Both the position numbers and the translations under genes were made by a program. A stretch of DNA of 63,991 nt, filler included, from Ionaspis alba (taxonomy: Eukaryota), in NCBI GenBank assembly GCA_964255285.1. It is 3 parts of 3 records of this genome, joined end to end, with 100 filler letters (N's around TTAATTAATTAA, not from the genome) between each part and the next. Parts side by side here need not be neighbours in the genome. Positions count along the whole stretch, not along the records: positions 45,443 to 63,991 come from CAXUUL010000288.1; 2 more parts are not named here. One strand, 5' to 3'. The first letter of the stretch is position 1. Each line of letters starts with the position of its first letter. Under the pieces are notes generated by a model, which had not been told where the DNA came from, searched no databases, and saw nothing but the letters and a program-made list of their open reading frames with translations. Shown in pieces: positions 48,914-61,900 of the stretch.

Positions 48914-49632
48914 ATGGTAATGCTATCACACTTCTATAATATCGCTTTGACTAATAATCATAGTCTCAATCACTCCGACCCTACCTCCAATGTGTTCGCT
49001 CCTCCCTAACAGCCGCCCTTTCCCTCTCCAATTTCGCGTCACAAACTTCGGAGCGTCACAATGTGCCGGAGATCGAAGCCGCCAGTTCACCAGAGGTGCT
49101 ACTCAACCCACTTACGATCTCGAGAAACGAGAACGAAAAGGTTTTGATCGAACCCAGTGTAAACAGTGTTCGAGTTAGCATAAAGATCAAACAGGCAGAC
49201 GAGATTGAGAATATCCTAGTCCATAAGTTTACGAGGTTCTTGACACAACGGGCGGAACCTTTCTTCATACTGCGGCGGAAACCAGTAAAGGTACTTGTCG
49301 CGGATTCCTGTTTCTGGACCATGCTGATGTTCGATAGGGCTATGACATCTCGTTCTTGATCACGAATTTCCATACGGAGGAGATGTTGAAGCATAAGCTG
49401 GTTGACTTCATAATAGAATTCATGGAGGAGGTTGACAAGGAGATTTCGGAGATGAAGCTATTCGTATGCAACTCGCTCAAGGTGAAATGAGGATATGGAT
49501 TACTGTATGCTAACGATTTCGAAGCTTAATGCGAGAGCACGATTCGTTGCGGAATCGTTCCTAACTCCTGTAAGCAATCTCTCGGTAATGTTGTTGAAGT
49601 AGATGCTGACTCGAGCCTTACAGTTTGACTAG
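48914..49632 (+). CDS. ARC19: Arp2/3 complex subunit 4 (Arc19/ARPC4)
   Basis: ATG-only exon 48914-48916, then [57 protein letters not shown]. Confidence 0.95.
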
Positions 49633-51833
49633 CGAGCCTACCCCTTTTTTAGGCGAGTCTATGTCGGCGAGAACAGCTTCGCCAGGATGATCCAATGGGT
49701 TCCCATGGAGATTTTGCATGGAGGCGCATCAAAGCGTTCTGTTTAACTGGATGTCTCGGCCTCATAGAGCAGTTCTAGTCGTGGCCTCTCAGGTTGCTTT
49801 GCTGGTCTAGGGACGGAAAGCGTGTCGATCCATAAGGAAATCTTTTCAGGGAGCGCTCCAGGAGCTTCTTGATTGCAAGCGTTCGTGGGATCCCGATTCT
49901 CTTTTGTACGTCCAGCAAAACAAGAACTTGAAGAGCTCATCAAACATAAAGTGCATACTTTCTTATGTACTTAAGACTCTTTGCTTCTTGGACCCTTGCC
50001 CTTCTCTGGGTGGGACCCGACTTGAATGTGACCACTGCTATACAAGAATATATACCGAGCCTCGATCCTGACACGCATCAGTCTTTCTTGCCCACGCAGC
50101 AGACCTATAACGTAGTATATATTTCTATTATATTCTTGGATGACGGTGTCATACATCGAAATGACACGAAAATCAATCATGGAATCCTCGTCTTCCTATG
50201 TCGCTAGGCCATCTGGGTGTCAGCTAATCGGAGAGCGTCGGAGGAACAGGGGTGAATGCTTAATGCACAACAGTGTGAATGACACAGTTACTCTGCTTCA
50301 ATGAAGAGTAGAGTAATACGTCGTCCATCTCGGGGCACAGTCGCCTACCATCTGCTGATAGAGTTATAGCGCGAAAGGAGCGATTCATACTCTGCCAAAG
50401 CTCTTGCATTACTGTTCCCAGACAATTGATATGCTTCATAGGAGGCACCAGATATGCTTCACTGCCACGAACTTTCCTCTGATCCTAATCAAGGAGGGAG
50501 TGGTGCTCTGTCAGAATTTCTTGAATGGCTTTCCGACCACAGTTGGTGTGGAGCCTTCCCAAGCCACTTTCGTTCTTCAGGTCGACAATTATCCTGGCTC
50601 TCGTTCTTTTACAAAAGTGGCCTTCGAAGCTGCACTATCCACATCCAATCAAGATCTTCAGCCATACCTAGTGCTCGGGCAAAAGCTCTCATCTTCGGTA
50701 CGCTTTCCATGGGGCGCTGCAGCAGAGTAAGGCCTCTCGCTCGACGCATGCTGCTCGAGTAATCGGTCATGTTGATTTGTGATCAGGTGCGCAAGCTCGT
50801 TATAGTGCCTGGCGTTCTAGCTCTCGAGAAGCAGAACTTCTTGGTAGGAGTCTCTTTGGCAAGAAGATCCCAAACAGCTTTGCTTGTTCTCTAGTCCTGA
50901 GGACGATCTGTTCAAATCTCCACATGTTAGAATGTCTCTAGATATTCGAGCCAGCAGCTAGCATATCTGTGCTTACCTTCCGGTCTCTGAAGGACTGATC
51001 ACACTGTTTATGGACGGACCGACAGCATTGCGAGAGGAGCATGCTCAGTCGCTACTTGCGTGATAAAGGGATACTGGACTCCTCCACAATCGAAAGTCCT
51101 CGACAACAGACCATTGATATGGTGTTCGAACCTACGGTGGAGGTCGAGATCAAGTATGTTGTTAGCTGTGGAGTGGTTTCCTCGAACCCACGCTAGCCCT
51201 CGGTTGATGTTCTTCCTCAGGTTTCAGGGGGTATCACTTCCTCGACCATCTTACGTCCTTCAACCTGTACCACATCTGCCCCCTTCTTCATCTATCTCTC
51301 CGCTTGTTCATCATCTTCGAAACCTTCGCCGGCTCATAAAGTCTCTGTAGTTCATCTTCGCCGGCGCTTCTCGCCAAGCCCCCCGTTGTGGTCGTCCGGT
51401 TGACAGTCTTCAACGCTTAGGCAAATCGCGTCAACAGTCTCACAGGGCACCACTTCCATCCACTCTTCATCATAACATTCGACAGAACCCCCGTTCCCGC
51501 TCTGTCACAGAGCTATCCTATTCCACCCTCCATAAATCGTGCACCGTGGTCCACTTGTCACGTAAGTATTGACCTTTTCCTTGACAGTCGATAACGCAAC
51601 CCACCTATCCAAGCCCTCTTTACTTTGACAGCACCAAACACGTCAGAGAGACGAGACGACAATCTCCGTCTTTGGCCGTGGACAGCGGTTGCAGCCCTCA
51701 CCTCGCAGCATCGCTTTACACCAGTAGCTCATAAGCTGACTTCAACGGCCCTGCCTCTGGATGTAGGTTGCTTTCAAGACTGAACGTGTCTCTCCTGTGG
51801 TCATACATCAACGACGTCAAAGCAGGTACGCCA

Positions 51834-51836
<3 letters not shown>

Positions 51837-51866
<30 letters not shown>
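51837..51866. repeat. (TC)n microsatellite
   Basis: About 15 TC units, inside a probable 5'-leader intron. Confidence 0.9.
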
Positions 51867-51870
<4 letters not shown>

Positions 51871-52290
51871 TTCTGCTCTATCCTCTCCTTTCTTGTTGCA
51901 GTCACCCGCATCATCCCTTACACCAACCTTGATGTCTATCCTTTAACCCACTATCACGTGATATCTAGTCCAAATCACCTTCCCCTGACTTAGGACTTCT
52001 TTGATCTGGGTCATCTCGAACTTTCTGACTTTTGAAAGAGAGGTGAGTTCTTCTAATGCTCTTGAGTAGCCAGAGTACACCAACACACCTGTCTAGGTAA
52101 GTGTGTCAAGCGAGAGAGTTGTGATCCCAACAATCGTCCACTCCCACGTTGAGAGAAACTGAGTGGAGTCGAATGCTAACAAAAGATCCTAGAAGTACAG
52201 TGATGCTCAATCGACGTCTGTTGCCATCGTACTCAAGCTGAACAGACAACGATTGGCGCTGACATCGAAGACCCACGTCCAGCTCGAAAT

Positions 52291-55200
52291 ATGGCTCGCA
52301 ACAGACACAAATCTCAAGCTCCGAACGACACTCGCAGCAGGAGCAAGTCTGCGGAACCAGTCAGTGATGCTGAGCCTCAGAGCGACGACGGTGTGTCGCT
52401 GCCTTCGATGGCAGGAAAAGTAACAAGCCAGACTGAAGCAGAGGTAACAAACACCAAGGACGAGCTGCAAAAAGAGAACGAATCTGGTGGTGTATCTCCA
52501 ACTCATTCCCAAGACGAGCACAAGAGCCACGGGGACTCGGCGCTTCCAGAGCCCAGAAGCCAGCCCCAAAAGAATGTCAGTCTGCCCAACGCAGATGCAG
52601 AGGTTTCCACGATGAACTCTTCGACACTCTGGCAACCTCACCAGCGCGAGGACTCGCCGGCTTCCCAGAATGGTGGTGTTCTAATTGATCAAGGAGCCGA
52701 AGAGCAACCTCAAGGCCGTGTCAACGCAGCGCGCACTTTGCACCCAAAAGCATCCTTTAGCGATTCCAGTTCCATGAGTGGTAGAAAGACGCCTAAGGAA
52801 CGCCTGCAGCTAACGGAGACTGACCGAGGAGCTTCAAGGAACAGAAGTCAAGCAAGAAAAAAGAAAGAGAAGAATGCATATTTGGAGGAGAAGAATTCAG
52901 AACGTGCTGAATTCGATCCACGATGGGTCCATGATTCTGAGAGTATGTGGCGTACTAACCCAGCGCGTACATCGCCATTGACTATTTCCCCAGGGGACAG
53001 GAGTGATGACCAGTCTTTGAGCGTTGGAAATAGCTCTTCGGAAATGCTCAAGCCAAGGTCTTCCTTGTTGAAAGACTCTGATAGCGAGTATGAGAATACG
53101 AAAAGCCTTGTGTTGAGTGGGAATTCGGACGATACAGCAGCATCTAGCTTTCGAGGTGTACCTACAGCAACAATGAGTTATGCTGTCCCATGGCTTCCAC
53201 ACTTCAGCGGTCCCTATCCCAGACATTTCCAAGGTAGCCCGACGCCCACCAGTCAGAGTAGAGGCTTTCGAGGACGAAAGAATCGTACAGATGGAGGAGA
53301 AGCAGGTCCTTCGGTATACTCGAGCAAAGTCGAAGAGGAATATAGTCAGGTAGGCCAGGGACTCATTCCCACAATTCGTGTGGAAGACTTCTCTTCGCAG
53401 CAGCGTGTCGATGAGTATGTAGCAGCCTGGCGGCCACCAGTCAGTACAGTGCAATTGCGAGGGGACGCTGAAAGCTTCAATCCAGTTGGGAACGACTTGA
53501 GGAGGAAGATAGCGTACCTGGATTATTATGAGAGCCAGAATCCGTCACTCCTGAATGCCGTAAACTCGAGTGTGGTGGCTAGTGCTACGGGCAATAACTT
53601 CGCGGAAACGCCAACATATCATGGTGCACAGAACTTCACGAGTCAGGACAACCCTCTTCCTTACTCCTCCCACCAACGCCAGAATCTACTCAGTCTTGGC
53701 TCAACACCTTTCAACACTCGTTATCACGGTGCTTCTGGTCAAACCATGCCGCGAACTCACAGGGGCAGCAGAGCCAGCAGAGCCAGCGTGGCTGCCAGTG
53801 GAGGTGGCAGAGCTACCGAGCAGGATTCACTCATCGAGAACTTCCAGCATCTTGGACGCACAGGAGCAGATTCTCAATCAGGACTAGCAGTTCACCAAGA
53901 GAGACCTCAGACGCCAGAGAACCCTGACGTGAGGGCAGCTCGCCAAAACTCGGTTGATTTTCCCTTCCCTGACGACGAGCATCCATTCCTACAGTCCTCC
54001 CCTCAAGCTCAAATTGCCAGGAACAGGGCAGCAGGATTAGATATCTTCGGTCGGCCTCTCAACCAGAGTCATGCGCGTCTAGCTGCTTTACGAGAGATTG
54101 GGTACAGCGCTGAGCAGCGAGCAGCTGCGAACCAGTCAGTTTTGCAGCAAAGGGACGAGTCACAGAGCGAGCAGCAGAGCAGCTATCGTCCAGCACTCTC
54201 AGTCAATACTAGTATGCAGAACAATCGAGATGTGTTTGGCCAAGGTGGTTTGTCCTCCAACCAAGAACTGACTTATGGACTGACTCCTGCCACTGGTGGA
54301 AATAACGAGTTGTATCCACGCAATGCGTTCACTGTTGTACCCTCCCAGCCAGCAGCACCACTTGGGCTCCAGGGCCTGGCTCCACAGTACGGCTACTCTC
54401 CTTACAACCAAGCACAGATTCATCCTCAACATGAGAGTCAATTCTATCAGCCTACTCAGACCGGTGGCTTTCAGCCTGGACGGACCCAGTTTGGACAATA
54501 CCACCCTGGCCAAAACCTTACATACCATTACCCATCAGGACAACCAGCCTCCTTTCCAACACCCATTGGCTCAGGTCGCTCACAAGTACCACAACATGGG
54601 CAGACTCAGCGTGGGCCACAAAGATCTGGATACTCCCAATTTGCACCTTCACCGTTGGATCCCACACCACCGATTCAACCACCTTATGCACCACCTCAGT
54701 ATCCAACTTCATCGATCCTCGCCCCACATGTTCCTGGACTTCCTCCCTCAGCGTTTGGAGGCTTTCACCCATACGTCCCATATCCTGGCTTTGCTGAACC
54801 AACCGGCACCTCGACCTGGGACCCCAATCCACCTCCAAGAGAAGCTGGGCCAGATCAACTCGGAGGTCTAAGGAGCATTTGGGATACCGTGCCTAATCTC
54901 ATTCACCCTCGTGCACCAGTACCAGGAGAAAGAGTTCACTTCAATGAGGTTGCAACTGCCATCCCACGTGGACTGACAAATCATCCAGCCCTCGCAAACG
55001 TGACGGCCGAGACGAGCACCTCACAATCTCCTGCAAACGTGACGCCCACCACCAGGCTCGCAGCACGTAGTACTAATGTGACCTCCGCTACAAGCAACGC
55101 AACTCCTGGTATAATTGCGAGACCTGCAACAAGCACCGTATCAACCGCTGCAAACGTGACGTCCGAGAGGGGTACCGCACCTCCTGCTACAAATGTGAGA

Positions 55201-57110
55201 TCTGCAACGAGCATCACACCCACGGCTGGAAATCTAAGGTCTGCGAGGAGCGTTGCACTACCCGCTACAACTGGCGTGGTGCTACGACTTGCCATGCTCC
55301 CTTCCGACCCTGACTGGGTGCATCCCGTGCTGCGAGACATTGCTGCAGGAAACGGAAGACTCGCAGGAGCAGCAGCTCTCCAGCGTCCATACCATCCTGG
55401 TACAGATGCTATGTTTCCAGTCCCAAGTGTTCAGGGTACCAGTGTCAGGCTTCAACAATTGATCCGCGATGGTGAGCCAAGCTATGAGAAGGCAATTCTA
55501 CCAGATTTCTTTCCCTATATCGAGAGTGCTAAAGCCGCTGAGCCTCACAAGTGGGGAGTGATCAAAATCACTAACGTAAGTTCTACTCTTTTACGACAAT
55601 GTCACATCTACTGGGGCATATTACCAGAGCACTTTCTAGCTTACTGCCTTGTCATCCCTTTGAACCATGAATTTTGTTGTTTTTTGTTATGTTTTGTGGC
55701 CCTTAGGGTTTGATTAAGCGAGGCCCTAGGAACCCCTATTCTATCCTTAATGATTATGAATTTCGCTCATGCCCTTGTATTCTTCTCCTCTGGTACTTTT
55801 ATTGAAAGATACTTGTTACGTTTATACATCCATCTACTAACCTCTCATAGATCCCATACACCGTGTCCAAGCAAGACATTGTTGTTTTCCTAGGCCGTAA
55901 TGCCAAGATTCTCAGCCCAAACATCGGTGAAGCGGTCCACATCATGATGGAGCGCAACACTGGCAAATCTATGGACTGCTTTGTCGAGTTCTTCAGTCAC
56001 GCCGATGCCACCGCACTCGTCAATCGCATCACGCGCGCCAAAGAGGAAGAAGGTCGCCATATCAAGCTTGCAGAACGACACGTCGACGTAGAACTAAGCT
56101 CGCAGTCTGCCTTAATGCAGGAGCTTTTCCCCAAAGCCAAAAACGTGCAGTGGAATGGTTCGGTGCCGGAGGTGTATAGCACAAATGAGCCTTACAACTC
56201 GGGATTCAAGGAATTCATCACGGACGAGGAATTGATCCAGATGCTCAAATACGCGGAGACTCCACAAAGGGTGAGATAACAATTTTTTTAACATCGCTAT
56301 ATCGCTAATAAGTTTTCAATCTAAGGACATGCTGGCTGACCCTGTACAGTTTGGATTCAGCCAGAAGTCTCCGAACCGCACATACGAGAACATGATCAGC
56401 GTCCTCAACAAGGTAAGTTCCATCCTGCTAAGCGCAGTCTAGCACTCCGTCGAGATTCTTCATCGAGCCATGCTATCATCCCACTGTCACTCTATGCTCT
56501 CAAACGAACGTCCACTAACTTCTTTGCCTCAGTTCCCCTGGTTCGCAGTCGAGCACTACACAATCCACACGCGCGATCAACTATTCCACTCGACTTGTAT
56601 CATGATTTTGTGCCTACTGAGCACTTTCAACACCACTGGCCAGACTTCTCAGCTCAACGAGGCTCTTCTAAAAGATCTTCTCTACGCCGGGCTCAACGCA
56701 GCCGGCTTCAGCGAGAAGCAGAAGTGTCACTTGGTCATCATGGCCGACTTCTACGGCAACGACGTGCGTATGAGCCAGCAATGCCGGACCTGGCCTTTCT
56801 TCTCGATCGGACGTAAGGTGAATTGGGATGAGGATGTCATGAGGGTGAGTCGCTCTTCTACAGCTTACCTAGATACATGACACTGATGCTGATGCTCGAA
56901 ACAGTATTACGCTCAGATCCACAACGCAGGCATGGCTGCTAGAGCCAAAAAGCCCATTCCGATCTCGAGCGCCGACCCCATATTTGAGGATATGAAGGAG
57001 ACTAGTTGGTATGACAGTCACCCTCATATGACGATGGAGACTTGTGCGCTTGTGGAGTGGCTCATGTTGATGCGTATCTTGTTGGCTGCGCTCAAGAAGC
57101 AGTCAGAATG
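52291..57110 (+). CDS. Large low-complexity protein with a C-terminal quasi-RRM-like RNA-binding domain
   Basis: ~1095-aa first coding exon, then exons ~55851-56271, 56351-56412, 56533-56844, 56905-57110; WGVIKITNIPYTVSKQDIVVFL..VHIMMERNTGKSMDCFVEF..RHVDVELSSQ resembles the hnRNP F/H/ESRP qRRM pattern. Confidence 0.78.
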
Positions 57111-57180
57111 AGTGCGTGAACGTTTCAAGAAGCTCTTTCCTTTGGCTCTTTATGCTCTTGTTTTTTACTAGTAGACGCAC

Positions 57181-57403
57181 CAAGGTGGCCATTACGAGCC
57201 TTGATACTGTCTTTTGATTTTGCAGAAAAGTTTACGGAGGGATGCTTGATGTTTGATGATGGATGGATAGCAAAGGTGGCCTTTTATGAGCTTTTGCTGT
57301 CATTTGATTTCAAAGAAAAGTTTACGGAGGGATGCGTGATGATGGATGGTGGATGATGATGGATAGCTCAAGGTGGCCATTATGAGCCTTGTTGCTGTCA
57401 AAT
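57181..57403 (+). repeat. Degenerate tandem repeat, ~90-bp unit x ~2.4, downstream of the qRRM gene
   Basis: AAGGTGGCC at ~57182, ~57273, ~57370; AGAAAAGTTTACGGAGGGATGC occurs twice. Confidence 0.85.
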
Positions 57404-58890
57404 GAAGGAGGGAATCTTTGTTGGAGGAGGCCTTTGATAGATCATGTTAGTGCAAGCATAGCTAGAGCAGCATAGATTAGAGCAAGCATAGTTTAGATAG
57501 CAGCGGGCACTCGAATTGCAGTACTTCGCTCAAAGTTTCATGCATTGCACAGTGACCTTTTTTGCAGAAGTGCTTGTACAATCAACAGCGGGAGGTCTCC
57601 ATCAGGATATATCATGCTGAACCAAATATCAACAGTCGAATTAAAAATATCCCATATTCCACCAAATCCACCCCTCAATTATCCTCACATAAACACCCAG
57701 CACGCTCCCCCGACCATCCTAAGCTCCACCAATTCCACCCCTCAACGGTTGCCACATCCACACCCAACACCGTCCCCCTCTCCCGATTGCACAACTTCCC
57801 CTCAAACCTACACATTCCCCAGATCCACACAATCCCCATTCCCCAAACCCAACCCCTCGGTTCTTCACACGCCTCCACAAGGATCCTACCCAAAATCCGG
57901 GAGGCTTTCGTCTTATTCCGACTCCCCTCGGGTCTCCCAAACCTCCGGACCCAAATGTGGCGGCGGAGGCGGCCGGCGGGCGGTGTGGGGGCCGATCTCC
58001 ACGTGCTCGCCAAAACGCTCCCACCACCGCAGAGGTTAGAAGCGGGGGGGGGCTTTTGAGTTTGGCTGCAGGTTGACAGAGGAGGAAGGTGATTGTAAAA
58101 GCTGTTGTGCAGAATCTACTGTGCATACATCGTTTCTAGGATGATGTGATTATCATTTTGCTATCTAGTCTTCTTTGCCTGCCTACACGTACAGGATGCT
58201 ATGCCCTTGCCGGACATATTCTCGCGTGGATATCCCATCTGGAGAATCTGCGGAAACCCCGCTTACGCTTTGCTTACAAACGCTTGCTCTGCTATGGATA
58301 CGGGACTGCCAAGGGTTCTTATTCGTTACTGTACAGGTGACTGCACTCCCCGCCTGCCTATCTAGAGGAGCTGCCTGCAAAAATCACTCTCTCATGGAGT
58401 CTGCCGCGGCTCTGGTAGAGATAGATTCTGCGAAACGAGGCACTCACCGCATCCCACCTTGGCAACTAACAGCTGTCAACTTCTTCGAACCAGCCGAGTT
58501 CGCCGTCCTCAGCTGCTTTGAGAGACGCCGCCAATGAGATCCAATCACCAGGAGAGCGAAAGCGGAGAAAGAGGTGGAGACGTGCTCAGATTCATGGGCA
58601 ACGGCTAGTTCCGAAGGGCGGATTTTTGACAGCTGTTTTGGAGACGATGGGGCGTTGGAGGATTGGGCTTTGACAGGAGTCGGTGGGAAGGAAGGGGTGG
58701 CTATCACGAAGGGAGCATGGGTGGTGTATGGAGGGGCTTCATCGTCAGATGAGGTCGTTTCTGATTATGCTTGCTTTGAACAGGATTTGTGTAATTCGCA
58801 AGACTGGCTGCTACGTGTCGTATGGAGCAGGCATTCACTACCATATCGGATTTACGATGCTGTTTTAAGCATCAATCTGCAGCAGCGAGC

Positions 58891-58990
58891 NNNNNNNNNN
58901 NNNNNNNNNNNNNNNNNNNNNNNNNNNNNNNNNNNNNNNNNNNNNNNNNNNNNNNNNNNNNNNNNNNNNNNNNNNNNNNNNNNNNNNNNN
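58891..58990. other. Assembly gap (100 N)
   Basis: Run of N. Confidence 0.98.
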
Positions 58991-61900
58991 CCCATGAGCA
59001 ATAACACCCTACTATACTAATGCTGGCACACATCAACCGGGGGGCCTCTCAGGACCCAAAGTCCCGGGCTAGATCTCCAACCCAGAAACATGCAACCCAA
59101 AATGATCTGATATGGTTCGCTTATTCTACGCTGTGATTGGTGCAGGACCCTGCACCGGAGCGGTGCTCGTCTTGATCCGCTGCACGAAGCAGTGGTGGGT
59201 CCGGGTCGGCATTGTTCGTGATTAGTAGATGGGAGTCTTGTTGATGCTGTGGTGGGTATTTATGGTGCTGAAGACTAGGTACTGCTTATTGTGCCCACAT
59301 GAAGAAGCGGAAACCATGCGAGATGAAGGATGGGAGGGGATGGGATAGGTGGTGTTATTGGTGAGGACGGAGTGGTTTTGTTTTCCTTGCTGCTCCGACC
59401 ATCTCCATTCAGAACTGGATCCTTTAATGTGCTCGATTTGTCTCGAGTAGATGGAAGACGGGTGAAGAAATCGCGCACGGAGTTCTGGAAGGGATCATTG
59501 AAGCGTCCGCCCCCTCACCTCGAAGTGATCAACAGGATTCAATTGATAGAAACCGATCTGGTGGAAAGAGATTCAATACATTCAACGATCCTCCTTCGCT
59601 CTGGCCTGTGCACAATAAGAATCCACCATCTACGATCCTGGGGAGTGATAGTACCGGTATTGGAAAGCAACACCCATTTACGGCCAGTCTGGTATCCTTG
59701 AAGAAGAGAAGAGTACGGCATGGCGTCTAGATCTGCCTGTGCAGACCTTGGTTGATGGGATCGCGGCTGCGAGGGACATCCTTGGTTGTCCATGCTTTTT
59801 TTCCATTTGGCTTAGATGAGGAGCGCGAAACGATAAGGCCGTAAGAAATCCTGGGTGCTCGAGAGGGGGGTGTGAGCGGATTTGTGGTTCGGCATTTTCG
59901 CGCCTTGCTCGCCCGGAATTCCCATGTGAGCTCTTTTTTTGGGGTCTTTTGTTAGTGAGTCGCCCATTTTTGGAGGTTTATGCTGGGGACACGTGCGATC
60001 GGGCGTTACAGGGGAGTTGAGGAGTGGTTTTTGTTGGATTCGTGTAACTTTGGATTCAGCCTCTGAACCTGTTTGATCTGTTGTTGACTACTGGTGCAAC
60101 ACGAGTCTTCATGTGAAGGAGACGTTGAGTGACAATTGGCATTGTTGATCACCCATCCCCTAAGATCGCCGTAGCATGAAGCTTGAGCTGTTGCGACATA
60201 CTCAGACCCTCTACTTGAAACGAACAAGTAAACGCATGAGAGTCTGGAAGCCTTGATCCGAAATTTCTTTCTCCTTAGTCGGATATGATCTTAAAGGATC
60301 GTGCATGATGTACACGATCAAAAAGATATCACAATCACAATCTCGATAGGATTAATGTGTTTTGAAACTACGCAACCTGGACAGTGCACAATTGGTAATT
60401 CCTTCATTCAAGATCTCGATTCGATTTGAGTTGATCACTAACGATATTTCGGAGGAGCAAGGCGAAAGCAAGCAAGGGTTGGGCGAGACTTTTGTCTCAC
60501 CAGAGATGGACACTCGAAGCTATTGAATGGACAGGGCCGAAAAGACGCGTCGCGATCTAACCCAAAGCATTGACCTTCGTCCTAACTTGGGTAGCCTTTC
60601 CCATGGATCAGAGGAGGAGCTGAGATTGTTCGTTGCTGTTGTAGCCGGGTTGCGAGTACACGTTCAATGCGCTTGTAAAATTCAGAGTGACTCTGACTCT
60701 GACCGGTGCCCAGTAGATAGCGATTGACTCACATCTGCGTCTCTGTTCTTGCGCCATCGTCCCCAACAATGAAGACGGTACCTGCCTATTACTTGTAAGA
60801 CCATGAGAAGTACGAAGGATGGCATCCTTATGTAATCGAGAAAGAGGCGTCCAAGCAGATCCTAAAGGAGCGTGATAGAAGTCCCAGGAGACCGTAGCGA
60901 CATCAAGCCCATCTGTTGTCCTTCAAGCCGTCCCGCAGCCAGCCGCGAGAGCCATCAGTTCCCAAATCCCGAAAGACCAGGACGAGCCAACCATCCGCGC
61001 TACTGTACGAGAGCAGAATGGTAGCCTACAGGATGAGCCTGCATCAAAGTCGTGTGTGCCCCTTGCACCTCTCCTCCCCTGAAGCCAATCACTGCTCATC
61101 GCGACCTCCCCGAACAATTCGACACTGCAGATGCACACAACCTTGTTGACCCAGAACGACAGTCCAACCAAGGTCGAGGTCCTGCTTCAAAGAAAAGAAT
61201 GCAACCTACAGAGTCCCTTCTGAATGAGCGACAGGGCATGATGATTATTGATCAGACCAGCTTGCCTTCCGTTTAGATTGCTCTTTCTGTTTCTGCCGTA
61301 CCCAGTCGTAAAGTAGTACGAGGGAAGACGAACGTGTAAGAAAAATAACACCACACCACTCAAGGAAGCGAAGCCTACCGATGGGGCAAGTGTCTTCGCC
61401 CGTGTACGACAGCAGAAGCGCGACCTTGTCCGCTATCTCGAACCCGAGCACGCACTCGATCCAGACAAGGCTTCGTTTCTCTATTCGGTCTATCAGCCGC
61501 TCGTTCACTACTACTCTACTCCCCTTGGACACACGCACCACCCCTCGTCTCGTGTCTCTCCAGCTCTTTTGGGTACTAGCTTTAAGCTGGGAGAGGAAGA
61601 GCAGAAAATGAGGCCAAGACAGACGGCCAGGAGCTGTAAAAGGTACCGGTAGATGATGCAAAAAACAAAGCATAACGACAACACTAACATGAAGCACGAG
61701 GTTTACCCTCCGGCGTATGCAATCCACCGTCATCATAATCGCTGTCGAGAGAATGAAGGATTGAGTGATCGATTATCGAATGATTGACGTGGATTGATCG
61801 GAAACCATGCATGGCTCAATCCCCATCTTTTCTTCCCTTTGGTCAGAGCACACCCCGTCTAGCGCGTGGTTGCTGACCGTTCTCTTCCTTTTCGACTCTT

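Noticed and set aside
48914..48916. ATG-only first coding exon in ARC19
   Set aside because: Real but common; ARPC4 genes typically have an intron right after the start codon.
55577..55850. Long (~274 nt) intron as a possible snoRNA host
   Set aside because: No paired C/D boxes or H/ACA layout; only weak stems.
57675..58126. Two overlapping minus-strand ORFs that would join by a frameshift in a 9-nt homopolymer (Trp/Cys-rich tail)
   Set aside because: Low-complexity G-rich strand, no recognisable domain or convincing signal peptide; cannot be supported.
58444..59793. Short minus-strand ORFs on both sides of a gap that might form a spliced gene
   Set aside because: No consistent splice model or motif, and the gap interrupts it.
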